Of a DNA stretch of 64,000 nucleotides, positions 43,627 through 57,496 are shown piece by piece (within the stretch, counting starts at the first letter, position 1; every line of letters starts with the position of its first letter). The stretch spans positions 76,818,001 through 76,882,000 of the forward strand of contig OZ024740.1 of assembly GCA_964016885.1 (NCBI GenBank), in the 5' to 3' direction. A program made the translations under genes and the position numbers. The DNA is from Eledone cirrhosa. Taxonomy: Eukaryota. The notes beneath the pieces were generated by a model that was not told the DNA's origin, did not search any database, and saw only the letters and a program-made list of their open reading frames with translations.

Positions 43627-43950
43627 GGGAGTAGTGGCACTCCGTCGGTTACGACGACGAGTATTCCTGTTGATACAAACAACGGAATAGATGGCTCGTA
43701 AAATTAACGTGCAAGTGGCTGAGTATTCCCAAAACACGCGTACCCTTTAGGTAGTTCTCAGGGAGATTCAGCGTGACTCAGAATGTGACAAGGCTGCCTC
43801 TTCAATTTACAGGTACAACTCATTGTTGCCAGCTGAGTTGACTGGCGCAACGTGAAATAAAGAGTCTTGCTCAAAGACACGCAGGGAATCGAACTCATGA
43901 CCTTAGGATCGTGAGCCGAATACTCTATCCACAAAACCACGCGCCTTCAC
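43627..43950 (-). mobile_element. tRNA-derived SINE (second-family head) with 11-bp TSD
   Basis: B box GTTCGATTCC and TTGAGCAAGAC; TATGGCGTCTA at 43616-43626 and 43960-43970; related copy at 45885-46190 (+). Confidence 0.8.
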
Positions 43951-46829
43951 ATATTCACATATGGCGTCTACTCCCTAAACAAACATAACATAATAGGTGT
44001 CCTTATCCGCTCTATAAACAGAGATCGATAAAATGAATAAATCTTCACCAGGCTAAGCACTCGGTTGATATAATCCCCTTTGAAGCTGGTGCCTCCAGCG
44101 TATCAATGGCTGAAATCTGGAAAAAGTGTAAAAGACTAAGAGTAAGAAGTGTTTTTGTCATTTGAAAAATTCTTCGCCAATCTTAAAGGAAAGTGAATTC
44201 TTTAAACGTTGAAAAGTTGTTGAATTTGACGAGACATTTACAACGATCAATACCACATCCAGTATTCTTGAAATAGCAACAAATTCTATCTCAATTGAAG
44301 CTTTAATGTCCTTTAAAAAAGCAGCGATTGAACCTTCTCGCTGTCGCACTATATACTAGATATAACAGGCAAATCTTCCTCAAGTAAGGACATATTAGAC
44401 AATGTTGTTTTAGATACACAAAAACTGTATGTTCTCGGCTCAAAACAATTCTACTCGATCAGGGTTGAGTTCAGGATAAGCAACAACTGTTTCAATAAAA
44501 TATTTAATATTCAATACTGGTATGACGTTTTCTTCACCAATTTTCAGGGTCTAATCAGTATCAGCCGTAGCAGCAAGAGTCCCCAATACTAAGTACAATA
44601 GCCAATGAAGAACTTTATTGAGGTTGCTCAATCTTCTATCGCAAGAAACCAAATTTATCCTACTGTCTTTAAAAAAAGAATACATTGGAGAATATGACTC
44701 TATACACATAATATCTAAAAAGAAAGTCAGAAAAATCATGTGCAACAAACCAAAGAAGGTACCCTCAGCGTGGGTATCCATATGCTAGAAACAGCAGCCC
44801 AATCTATCCCAAATCTCACCGTACCGATATAAAAAGGGGGAATACAATGAACAATGTGTTCTGAAAAAAAAGGATAGAGTTGTCACGGTTGGAATGTCTT
44901 ACATAGATCACCTTTCTCATGACTGACTGGTTCTAAACAAAATAATAGTAAAATTATGGTAGATCATACGTAGCTTTCGATAATGTGTATGCACCTGTTC
45001 GATCAACTGAGCGTTAATACCATGAATTAACTATGGTGGCATATTCCACAGACACGTGTACCGTTTATGTAATTCTCAAGTCTAATTGAACGTAAAACAA
45101 TATGTGACAAGGCTGGATCGTTTAATTGTAGATATAATCCATTTGAGGGGCTTTCGTACTTTTTCCGTCTACCCAATTTCACTCACAAGTCTTCGTTTGA
45201 TTCGAGGCTATGGTAAATGAGACTTGCTCTAGATGCCATCCAATGGAATCAACCACAGTGTTCGTTGTTGTGAGGCGACGTTCTTTACCACACATGTCAT
45301 GCCTGCTTCCAAAAGTAACGTATCCAGCAATAAAATATACTTGAAAAGTTGACAATTCAGCGAGTAAGTTTCAATGAAGTCGCTTAACTTGCTAGAAATA
45401 ACATCTTAAAAAGCATCCTACCGTCTTAACAACAATAACATATGTATAATGTAGTCCTCAGTTCCATGCTCATAAGACTGGAATGGACCAGTCAGTTTTA
45501 ACAATGAGGTGTTCCAGTTGTTTGATCAACAGAAGAGCGTACTAGTGAATTAAGCATGTAAGCTTAACGTAATTCCCAGGGAGATTCAACATAATGCTCT
45601 TTGTGACAAGGTTGCCTCTTTTAATTATGCTATAGCCCATCTAACGGGCTTTGTTATATATCAATTTTAACTCACAAAACATGGGTGGATTCGAGATGCC
45701 ATGTAGTAGGATCGAACGCGGAAAATAACGATTGCCAAGCAGACTATCTAGGATTACAGCGCAAATATATCCCGCACTGGTTGGAGGAGTGGGTCTTTCA
45801 GAATCCTAATTACGTTTGGAAAATCTTTTCAATTTAGGAAATAGCAAATACTTTGCAATAATCCATTGAATTGAGCGATTCGTGCGAAGGTGTGTGGCCT
45901 AGTGGCAAGAGGTGCTTGGTTCACAACTGTAAGACCATGAGTTCGATTTTCGGCGGCGCATTGTGTTCTTGCGCAAGACACTTTATTTGAAGTAGCTCCA
46001 GTCTATTTAGCAAGAACAATTAGTTGTAGCTGTAATTCAAAGAGTCAGCCCTGTCACGCTGAATAACGCTGAGTATTGCATTAAAAGTACACGTGTCTGT
46101 GGAATGAGCAATCACTTGCAAGTCAATTTCACAAACAGGCAGAGAAAATGCACAATAAAATACTGAGATCGATTTAATCGAGTTTCCCCTCCCCACCCCC
46201 ATAAATAGTTTTGGGCTTTCTCCATACGCAAGAAACATTTATTATTGTTATCAATGTTACCATTGTTATTGTTGTTATAGTTGTGATTTTTCTTGTGTAC
46301 TTTCACTTAAGAACCGAAAGCAGCTCTCTGTGAGTTGTGGAAATGCCGTAATTTATTTTCCGTTGCATTGAAAATACTCTTTCTAATATGTGCGCAGTGT
46401 CTAGTGATATTGTCTGTATGTTGTGTTCATGTGTAAATGCTGGGGTTTCGATATGGGGTGGTCTGAATTTTAATCACTTACAAACACATACTCTTAAAGA
46501 GATTATTTCAATTTCCAAATTTAACGATACATTATCGTCTATAATGATTAATACTTCGTTTTCTGATGGACATCGATATCAATATCCGACCTTCACATCA
46601 ATATCCGATCATTTTTTTTTTATCTCTCAGTTTGTGAAAATTTTCCTTGTATATTTGATGAATATTTCGTGGTGTATGACTGAGGCGGCGAATTGTCAGA
46701 GTCCTTCGAACGTGGTATTGAATGATTTACAATATTCGTCCCGGCTCTCTACGTTCTCTGGAATTCAAATTCCACCGAGATTGGCTTTGACTTTCACATG
46801 CAAGGTCGAGTACTGAGTAGAATCCCCCC

Positions 46830-46830
46830 C

Positions 46831-46907
<77 letters not shown>

Positions 46908-46910
46908 TCA

Positions 46911-46972
<62 letters not shown>
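46830..46972. repeat. (CT)n microsatellite
   Basis: Direct observation. Confidence 0.97.
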
Positions 46973-46975
<3 letters not shown>

Positions 46976-48496
46976 ACTCTCCCACCTTCTCTGGAAGAAA
47001 TAAGCTTTGTCCAGACATGAAGAGTGGGAGGGGGCTATCCCAGGTTTAACTTGCCCCAAAAGGCCGCCAGTCACGACGGCGCCCTTACGATTCCATCAGG
47101 AATTGTATACATACATGATGGCTGCCCCCTCGTTATCGAGTATGGGCATTGCACAATATAACATTATTAATAATTATTAATTAATCCTATTGTGCAATGA
47201 CTGTGCGTGAAGATTTTTTTTAAGGGAGGAAAGACTGCACTGAGCCAATCCCACTCTCTGAGCTACAGTAGTTATAACCCAAAAAGAAGAAAAGATCAAC
47301 ATCATCGGTAACTACTGAGCCGCAGGTTTTATGTCGGAGTTATCCCAGTTTCTTAAGTTGCCTTCTCCTAGAAGAATGCCCTGAGAAAGGCTAGGGGTCC
47401 TTCACTCACAGTGGTTTAACCGCGCGATCGGATATCCAGCCCGACTATTTCTATGTCCCCACGCATATACATACACATGCACACATGCATATACACATAT
47501 ACATATACATACATATGTACATGTGTATATATATATATTTACACATTTTTGGAGGGCCGTTGACTCTCACGAGTTCTTCCGCCCTTTGTCAGGTTTTGTT
47601 TTTTGTCCTGCAGAGTGTCCAAAATCACCCTCCTCACCAAGTAAACTTGGTGGGGTTGCCAGTTTAGTCACCTACGACCCGACCATGCGACAGGTTGTAG
47701 TGGGTTACATGTTACCAGTAGCACTCAAGAGTGACCCGACATACATACATACATACATACATACATACATACATACATACATACATACATACATACACAT
47801 TTCAATTTAGAAATGTCAGTAAAGTGTCGGGGAAAGTGATTTGCAGTATTCAATTAAGCCGCATTAAATTCTGTGTTGGAATTCAAATTCCGCCAGAGTC
47901 AATTTTGCCTTTCATCTATCAAGGGTCGATAATATAAATATCATTCTGTACGAATTCATTAACTATACCCCTTCACAAAAAATGTGTCCCTTTGTGAATA
48001 TGTCAAAAATCATTTTTAATATTATCATTAATAATATTGGTGTTGTTATTACTTTACATACTATTACTACTGCTGCCGTTGTAACTGTTGATTATGAATG
48101 GACGGTAAAAAAGGGAAAGCAAGGGAGGGCGAAAAGAAACAATGAATGGGCGAATGAATGAATGAATGAATGAATAGGGAGAAATAAGAGAACAAATAGA
48201 AGGGAAGAAAGAAGAAAGAAAGAATGAAAGAAAGAACATAAAGAGAAAGAGAGATGGAGAAAATAGGGGAAAGTAGGAAGGAAAGATTGAAGAGGGTAAG
48301 GCTGTAAGTAAGGAAGGGAAATGATCTGAAATGAAGCTATTGAAAATGTAACCGGAAACTCCAGCTGTCAGACAGCAATTCTAACTGGATCCAGATGCAG
48401 AAACAACTTTTCTCCTCCCACTGCACTCTTTCTCCTTTACTCTGTATTTTTGTATGGCAGTAGATGACGACCATTGGACAACAAACGTCCGGTGGA

Positions 48497-48566
<70 letters not shown>

Positions 48567-48638
48567 TATATACACACACACAATCAAACATACACACACA
48601 CATACACACACACACACACATATATATATATTTATATA

Positions 48639-48714
48639 CAGAGTGTCCCCCAAAAATGTATACACACTTTTATTAGAATGATGTTGAAGTGTGTATATAT
48701 TTTGGGGACACTGC
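48639..48714. mobile_element. Tiny Tc1/mariner-type MITE
   Basis: TA-CAGAGTGTCCCCCAAAAATGTATACACACTT ... AAGTGTGTATATATTTTGGGGACACTG; related end at about 51645. Confidence 0.7.
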
Positions 48715-48863
48715 ATATATGTTTGCGTGTGTGTATGTATATATGTAAATATGTATATGTGCCCCAGCATGGCCTCAGCCGGATGGCTGAAACAGGTAAA
48801 AGAGTATGTATATATGGAAATATGGATAAATATGTTTATATATAAATATAAATATATATATAC

Positions 48864-48895
<32 letters not shown>

Positions 48896-48896
48896 G

Positions 48897-48954
<58 letters not shown>

Positions 48955-48989
48955 CATATATATATACATACATAAATATATATACATAC

Positions 48990-49080
<91 letters not shown>

Positions 49081-49108
49081 TATATATATAAATATATATA
49101 TATAAATA

Positions 49109-49195
<87 letters not shown>

Positions 49196-49305
49196 TGAAA
49201 AATAACCGAGGTGTCCTACACGAGTGAAAGTATAAAGAAAAAGAGATGAAATCGAAAATGCAACTGGGGTCTTATTTTTTTAAAATTATATACATATTTA
49301 TTTGG

Positions 49306-49347
49306 CTCCTTTACCGGTTTCGCAGTTCTTCTGCTTTTCAAAAGTAG
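49306..49347 (-). ncRNA. Minimal type I hammerhead, U3-A8 core variant
   Basis: CTACTT-TTGAAAA-GCAG aagaa CTGC-GAAA-CCGG-TA/AAGGAG inside a 190-bp island between (TA)n runs. Confidence 0.7.
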
Positions 49348-49373
49348 AGTTGAGATGGAGGGTCTATGGTTTT

Positions 49374-49430
<57 letters not shown>

Positions 49431-49433
<3 letters not shown>

Positions 49434-49604
49434 CGAAGGAAATGTGGTAAGGAACCAGGTGGACCATAACGCACCAAAGTACTCAATACTTGAGGTAGTA
49501 GAGTGGGTAATAGGAACCAGTAAGACCCCGACAGCTGAGCTCAAGCCGTTTCGAGAATTAGCCGTCGAAACGGCTTGAGCTCAGCTGTCGGGGTCTTACT
49601 GGTT

Positions 49605-49609
<5 letters not shown>
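49431..49609 (-). mobile_element. Family A element with inverted arm
   Basis: Reverse complement of 11730-11861; arms 49510-49554/49564-49609. Confidence 0.82.
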
Positions 49610-49650
<41 letters not shown>

Positions 49651-49664
49651 CACATATACATATT

Positions 49665-49710
<46 letters not shown>

Positions 49711-49715
<5 letters not shown>

Positions 49716-50718
49716 ATACTTTGGGAGGGTCATGTTGCAATAAAAAACACACGCAGCAGTTGCTTTCACTTCAATTTTTTATAAATTAAATTTATAAATT
49801 TAGGAATTTATAAATTTCCGGTTGGTTGGTTGGTTCCACAACCAGACGATTGTTCATATATTGTCAAAGTTCTTTCGTCACACATTCTGTGACCTCTTCA
49901 GTGACTGGGGATTCTTTTTTTTGTTTTTGTGCCTCTCCTTTGTTCTGTCCCACGGCATCTTGTTTTTGTGTGTGTTGTGTGCTTAGTTTGCGCATGTGTT
50001 ACATCCGGGTGTCTGTGTGTGTTTATATTTGTTTATTTATTTGTTTATTTACATGTTACTGGTTGGTTGTTTGTTCTATGTGTGTGTGTGTTTTCATTTT
50101 GTCCTTAAATTCTTACAAATTCAGAAGGGCTCTAGATAAACATAAACTCAATATTAAGATAGTAGAAAGACCAGGTACCTCCATAAAAACACTTACTAGC
50201 AATACATACCCTTTTCAAAGACCTCCCTGTATAGATAAGAAATGTATAATCTGTAAACTAAGCCCCCATATTAACTGTAAAACTAGAAATGTAGTATATA
50301 GCATAAGATGTACTGAAGGACAATGTAGAGATAAGAATATAGTGTACATAGGTGAGACAGCTCGTAGTATAGGAGAACGGATAAATGAACACTGGTGAGA
50401 GCTTCAAGATAGTAAAGAATCATCTGTACTCTACCAACATGATAAAATAGAACATAAGGGTAAATTAAAGAACATAGATATAAAAATAGAATCTACACAC
50501 AGAAAAGACGCAATGTTTAGACAAATCACAGAGGCAATAAACATAAATGAACTCCAAACAAAATTAAATAGAAAGCATGAATGGAATAGCAACATCACAA
50601 CTTACAATTAAGGACAAAATGAAAACACACACACATAGAACAAACAACCAACCAGTAACATGTAAATAAACAAATAAATAAACAAATATAAACACACACA
50701 GACACCCGGATGTAACAA
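49711..50718 (+). mobile_element. Penelope-like element (Neptune-like): GIY-YIG endonuclease 3' fragment with inverted pseudo-LTR
   Basis: PCIDKKCIICKL..CKTRNVVYSIRC..YIGETARSIGERINEH..ITEAINI..LNRK (50110-50611); 49996-50108 inverted at 50608-50718. Confidence 0.9.
49863..49905 (-). ncRNA. Minimal type I hammerhead in the PLE pseudo-LTR
   Basis: GTCA-CTGAAGA-G-GTCACA gaatg TGTGAC-GAAA-GAAC-TT/TGAC. Confidence 0.85.
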
Positions 50719-50854
50719 CAGTCAATAGAAGCAACTAAAAAAAATCAATAAAATTAACTGCTCAATAGCTAGACTCTGGAGATTAATACAAATATAAATT
50801 AGCGAGAATCGTATTTCAGCACAGGAATTAACGAAAATCAATATATATATATTT

Positions 50855-51531
50855 ATATGTAACCCATTTGCAACCACCCAGCACGCCATGTTTTCATATT
50901 TTTCATATATATATTTTCCTCCGCTATGACCCGTCTGTTTCTTTCTTACTGCTTCCCCTTTTCTCTGTATCTCTCACTTCCTTTTAACCTCTCTGCCAGT
51001 CACTCTCTCTCTGTTATCCTCTTCCTCACACTTTCACTCACTCACTCTCTGCTACTCCCTCTCCTACTTCCTCCCGTTTGACCTGTGCGAAATTCTTTCC
51101 TCACTCACACTTTGACCAGGTCGGATGGTCTTTATTCTCTCTCGTCTACGATTTCACAGAACTTATGTTCATCGATTTCAGGGACTTGACTCCTTCTTCC
51201 TCCCGTTTAACCTGTGCGAAATTCTTTCCTTACTCACATTTCGACCAGGTTGGATAGTCTTTATTCTCTCTCGTTCACGATTTCACAGAACTTATGTTCA
51301 TCGATTTCCTCACTTTTCGTTGCATTATCATCTTTGTTTGTTTACTGTCTCGTTCGTTCCCCCTATTTACGTGTCCCAACGACTTTCTTTAGCCGTTGCT
51401 CGCACCAACCAGAGGTATATGGTCTTTAAAGCGATGAAATACCAATGAAGGCTGGAAGATCACTGATGAAGGACTAAATTTATCCATATGTAACCCGTTT
51501 GCAACCACGCAGCACGCCATGTTTTCATATT

Positions 51532-51545
<14 letters not shown>
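50855..51545 (+). mobile_element. Partial-tandem TA-associated element with hammerhead 5' half
   Basis: 50855-50915 repeated at 51486-51545; internal tandem 51067-51180/51195-51310; CTGATGAAGGA..TCC at 51463-51485. Confidence 0.6.
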
Positions 51546-51569
<24 letters not shown>

Positions 51570-52139
51570 ATATATATTTATATTTATATATAAACATATT
51601 TATACATATTTACATATATACATACACACACGCAAACATATATGCAGGGTGTCCCCAAAATATAGTATATAGTGGCAGCACTAACACACCCTGCATCAGA
51701 ATAAAGGCGTACATCGACCTATATATATTATGTTGATGCGTAATAAATCCAAATTAACTCCCGTTGCAAATAGGTAAAGCTAATATGGTATCCTAACTAC
51801 CTCCTTATCTGTGTAAGAGTTCTATATATACGTATTTCAGTATTGCTATTAATTGTCAGCAATTGCTTTTTCAGACTCTTAAATTTCCTAGTAGTCTAAT
51901 ATCAAATCAAATTTTCTTTATCTTTCAAACTGTGAAAATGTTCATATCCACGAATATAGTCACTGTTATTCTCTGATATACGACAATATTTTATTTATAT
52001 TTCATACTCCTTATTCGAAATGAGAAATATTCCATTTCCAGCAGAAAACAGGGAGGTTCAAGCCACATTATTGTCTGTCGGTTGTGAAGCAGATAAAAAG
52101 AAGCGCTCAACGACCTATATAAATGGTGCAAGCCGTAGC

Positions 52140-52330
52140 ATTGGTGAATTGGCAGTATCGGTAGAGGGTCGGACGCCATGCTTTGACACATAGAGTTACG
52201 GTCCTTGCCATTCTGAGTTCAAATCCTGCCGAGGTTAACTTTGCCTTTCATCCTTACGGGGTCGATAAAATAAAGTACCAGTAATGTACTGGGTAATTGC
52301 TGGCCTTGTGCCAATAGTAGAAACAATTAT
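52140..52330 (+). mobile_element. Young Deu/Nin SINE
   Basis: Near-consensus copy with A box, B box, core and tail. Confidence 0.93.
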
Positions 52331-52749
52331 ATATTATTAAAAGATCGGAAGCCATAATCAGTTGATTCAGGTTTATTTAAAACTCCGTTATATATATTTT
52401 ACTGAGTCCTACCAGTTATGATAGTCTGAGTTCTTCAGATGGTAAGGCCTATAACATTTTGAAAGTTCCTCCCAATAAATCTTAAAATTTTAAAAAATCC
52501 AAAACTTATTGGAAAAAGATTTTCTTTTCTTGATATAGAGAGACGGCCGAATGCGTGATGTTGTTTCATCGACGGCCAATCCCTGTATGACCCTAAGAAT
52601 TGTGGCAGAAGTGTTGGTCTGTTCAGGTCCCACGTAGGGATTTTGTTAATTCCTACACTAAACATCAGGCGATGTAGGAATTAACCAAATCCGCTATATA
52701 TATATATAATTGGAAAATTAAATTAGAAACTTTTCGCCGTATTTAGACT

Positions 52750-53340
52750 ATTTTATCCATTTTGGACATTGTGCTAGTTATGGCTGTCTTCAGAGAGTTT
52801 ATAGTGTTATGTGGGCGTTGACTGACTTCCCTCTCAACCATACACAATACGTAGTAGTTCAACGGTTTCAGGTCTGGGGAGCTAAGAGGTTATATGTTTT
52901 ATATATTTGGGGAGATGTGATCGTAGACATTCGAACTCATTCATTTGTGGGTCATCATGGCATCGTGAAACGGTACAGATCCTTGTTGGCAGGTTACCAG
53001 CTTCCTTTGCTCATCCTCTCTATCCAAGGAATCCCAACCCTCTCCAACACCTCATAGTCAACATCATTAACTCTTAATCCCTGAGGAATGAAGTGAGGAG
53101 GCATGTCATATTCCTTATTGTGGGTGTTTTAATGGTGTTAGGGCTCTTAACAGGCGTTTTACGTGTGGCTACTGTTGTAGAATCCCTGGCAGAGTCTCCC
53201 AGCTCTTTGCAAAGTTTGACAACAAACAACCATGCATCATTCAGGAAGTAAGCAATCTCTAAATCACTATGCTCTGCCTTTAATACAACGGATACAGCCT
53301 GCTTTTTGATTTGCTGAGTTAGCTGGATGTCTGTCATCAT
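52750..53340 (-). pseudogene. Tc1/mariner-superfamily transposase remnant
   Basis: PDLKPLNYYVLCMVEREVSQRPHNTINSLKTAI (SPDLNPLDY-like) plus N-terminal HTH-like HSDLEIAYFLN. Confidence 0.75.
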
Positions 53341-53646
53341 TTATCTGAAAATATATGATAATCAGAACAAGTTAGAAGAATAGGTAGAGCTAGTAAAATA
53401 ACGTGTCCTCAAAGAACTGATTAACGCTGTATAATATTTAAACCTAGCATATATATAATATGGCAAGATTATTCGAATATGATAAGTTTTTATTTTATTT
53501 GATAATGCCCATACATGTACTTGTCCTGTAGAAATCACATTTAAATGAAATAGTCTTGAGTACCTACTCTACTTCTTGCATTAACTAACTTATTTTAACT
53601 ACAGATTCCTTCCATTCTTTAACGGAAAACCATTCTACTGCTGTTG

Positions 53647-53696
<50 letters not shown>

Positions 53697-54121
53697 AGAG
53701 ATGCGTGGGAGTATGTTCACACATACAGACACACACAATATTCGTTTCGTTTACTGTATTGTAACAATGTATATACTGAAGTGTATAGTGTTCTTTATAT
53801 GTACTTCTAGGTAACTACTTAATTAAATCTGCGTCATGGTTTGTCGCAATATCAAAATGAATATTTGGATACCTACGTGAAATTATGTTTTATATTTCAT
53901 GACATAATTAGCAGCACCTTTGGTTATTCGTGCGCACATATAAACATATATATATATATATATATATACACGGAAAAATCGTCAACGTGCGCATTTGTGT
54001 GGCTGTATATATGTATGTATGTAAGTCTGTATCTATGCAAAAATGTATGTATACACACCTAAAAGCACACACAAACACACACACACACTCACACACGCAG
54101 ACATATATACACATACATACA

Positions 54122-54167
<46 letters not shown>

Positions 54168-55364
54168 CTGTATATATACATATATATATATATATATAAG
54201 ATTACATGACTTGAGAAAGAGGGGAAAAGAAAGATAGAAATACAGGTTCATCCCTCCATGCGTACTTCCGTGTATAGCTAATACATGTTCTACAAATTCA
54301 GGCTGTAATTGGTTTTGTAAAAGTACACAAGATGTATATCACACACCAGGATATTTTTCGTACTGCGTCTTTACTCAGCGTGTAAAAATCCATGGATCAC
54401 GCAAATCTACTCACTAACGACAACCCTTACTGCTTGAGTCGGGAGGGACACCGTAGTGTTATATGTGGATCGTAGCCCTTTAATCCCGGTGGAGCTCACC
54501 ACTCATTAGGTCAGAACACAGCCCATTTCTTCTAGAGAGCCCCAGAGAGAACGAAATATAGAAAGGAAAGAAGAAAACACCCTTGTAGAGGATATGTACT
54601 CTATTTATCGACTTCGAAAGGCAAATAAGATATCGGTGAGACTTGAACTCAGATCACGGAGAGCCGGAACGAAAAGCCCGAAGCATTCCTTACACCATTC
54701 TAACGACTTTCGTTTTGTCGTATAATGTACTAACATACAAACACCAATGAAGCTTCCACGTGGTCCGTTACTTAAAAAAAAAAATGAAATTTACAGCTCT
54801 CACCTATGCAGGTGTGGCTGACCTTTTATGATGTTACATCTCACAGGCGTTTCTCATATGCTTTAATGATAGGCTGCCTAATCATATTGTAAAAAATCAA
54901 AACAAAGTGAAATAAACATGAGGCCCCGCCTGGTTCAAGAGTCGGACCCACGGCCTTATGGTAATGATTCCATCACCCTAACCACAAAGCTACGGGCCTT
55001 CACGAGTAATCTACCTGTTAGGAACTGAATCCAAATCTCCTTCTTATCGCATCCTACCATTAAACATTTTTTTTATTGCATTTAACCATCCCTTTCTTCT
55101 ACTTCCCCGGACTCAGGAGTTCTGTATATGAATATGAGTTCTCTCACTTCTCAACATAAATAAACTATGAACATTCTATAACAAACAATGCCTTAAAAAA
55201 TAAGGGATGGACACGGCTGAAATCCTTTTGATCATAGGTCTGTTTAATTAGAGCCGACAGGGTACTAAACAATAACTATCTAACGCTCTTTCGAACACTG
55301 GTCGCAACAGAATTAGCAGCCAAATCTCCCTCAAATCTCAGCGTACAGTCTAAAACATGGGGAG

Positions 55365-55740
55365 TGTAGAATCTGCTTCGCGGGCAGCAGAGCTTGGGCT
55401 GGTAGCCGAACGGACCATGTTGCCACTTGAGTAGGTCTCACAGCGTGTATCATCCCAGATAAGGAGCCTACCTCGCGGAACGAGAAGATTGTCACACCAT
55501 TTGCCCTTTTGCCATCCTCTCGATCCAGCCGTGCTAGCTGGAGCTGGGAAGGGAAGCCTGCACCGTCCAGGCCATGCTTTATGATCTCGTTGAGAGCAGC
55601 ACGGTGTGGGTGGCAACTAGCACTGTAACGGCGTTACAGTAGGTGGACACCGAAACCTCAGCGGCATTTGTAAAGGTCTCTGGCGCGGAGGCCGAGCCTC
55701 AGAGAAACACCAATGCGCAAGCAGTCGCTATCCAGCTGAG
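55365..55740 (-). mobile_element. CRE-like non-LTR element remnant (zinc region plus restriction-like endonuclease)
   Basis: LDSDCLRIGVSLRLG..ALNEIIK..LD.AGFPS..DREDGKRANG..LIWD.T.CET...AAREA. Confidence 0.7.
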
Positions 55741-56267
55741 TGCCAACATTAGAATTTTAATTAGTAAAACTATAGCTAAGTCAAAGGAAGTTACACAAGA
55801 TAAGTTTTACTAGATGGTTTCTTGCGTTTCAGTTAATCAATAACGAAGTTGTTCGCAATTCTTAAATGCTGAACACAATAAAATATTAACCATTTACCAT
55901 TAGTGTTATGGTGTGAGAATTTCAAGTCAACATTTTACATGATTCATTGGTGGAGTTATTCGAAATGATATGAAGGTGAAGAATTCAGACAACATATGAA
56001 CCTTGTTCTCGTCTCTGACATTTAAAGAAGTCATTCATACATTTACATACTGGTGTCTGGTCTGCATGTGTGTGTACGATATTGTTGTTGTTGTTTGTGG
56101 TGGTGGTGGTGGTGGTGGTGGTGGATTATGAAGTAACGTTAATATGGGGGTGGATTGTGTGGGTGTTTGTGTATCAGATTTTATGTCTGCCGAATTTGTT
56201 TTGTGATTGTGTGTGGTGGGGTGAGAGTAAACACTTAAAGACATGATGTGTATTTTATATTCACTAT

Positions 56268-56307
<40 letters not shown>

Positions 56308-56310
<3 letters not shown>

Positions 56311-56430
56311 CGAAGGAGTTGTGGTAAGGAACCAGATGGACCATAACGCACCAGAGTACTCAATACTTAGCGTAGTAGAGTGGGTAATAGGAAAATGTAT
56401 GACTCCGACGGCAGAGCTCAAGCCGTTTTC
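56308..56430 (-). mobile_element. Family A element, truncated, no arm
   Basis: TAACGAAGGAGTTGTGGTAAGGAACCAG... matches the 49431 copy; 3' end fused to (TA)n. Confidence 0.8.
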
Positions 56431-56496
56431 AGCCCATACATTTTCCTATACATATATATATATATATACACATATATATACATATAAATACATATA

Positions 56497-56548
<52 letters not shown>

Positions 56549-56566
56549 ATAAATATATATATAAAT

Positions 56567-56621
<55 letters not shown>

Positions 56622-57003
56622 ATATTATATATATATATATTATATATATATGTATATACATATGTATATATATATATACACACGCAAACATATATATTGA
56701 TATATGAGTGTGTGTATAAATGTATGTATGTATGCATACATGTATGTATGCATGTATGTAATGTACATATGTATAGCATAGACAAGCAATGTAATTACTC
56801 AACTTGCCAGAAATAGCAGTCAAATCTACCTCAAAACACTTCATGGCATCTAAAAAGCGAAAGAGGCATTTCGTATAGATGATAGTCTTGGGTACATGAC
56901 AGGATTGTCATAGCTTTAACTGCATTGATCATAGATGTGGATGCTTATGGATGACCTAAGCTTAAAAATTGGACAAAAAATATATATAATCAAATTTTTG
57001 TCA

Positions 57004-57061
<58 letters not shown>

Positions 57062-57354
57062 GCAAGTTTGAAGAACAGTTAGATAAAATAAAATATACCC
57101 GATTTTTCTTCTCCCCAGTACGTAGAAATCAACTTGATAAATAATCATTTAAACGGATCTAAGTTTAAAATGTAACTTCGAAGAAATAACAGATAAATGA
57201 TACTGATTAACCCCCGGGAGGAACAGTCAGATAATTTAACCAGTCTTTCTTCTTAGCCCTAGAAATTAACTAGACAAATAATCAATTAACCGATGCTAAG
57301 TCTAAAATGTAAGTTTGAAGAAAAAATGTATATAAACCTTACCAAAATTCCTCT

Positions 57355-57386
57355 AGTCCCGACTATCGATAGTTTCGCTCGTACCT

Positions 57387-57418
<32 letters not shown>

Positions 57419-57496
57419 ATGTAGGTGGTTTCAGTATTATATTTGATAAGGTGATAGTAGCTATGCACACTAAAAACCTCAGCTCATCGGGAGATT
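57355..57496 (-). ncRNA. Type I hammerhead with long stem II containing a (TA)n run
   Basis: AATCTC-CCGATGA-GCT...AGC-GAAA-CTATCGATAG-TC/GGGACT. Confidence 0.6.

Noticed and set aside
46990-47740. GC-richer segments resembling RTE 5' UTRs
   Set aside because: Only a short TAGGAGAAGG-like motif; no linked ORF, so it cannot be classified.
52720-52795. CTGAAGA...GGCGAAA on the minus strand resembling a hammerhead
   Set aside because: Stem I does not pair and the sequence is the coding C-terminus of the mariner-type transposase (SLKTAI).
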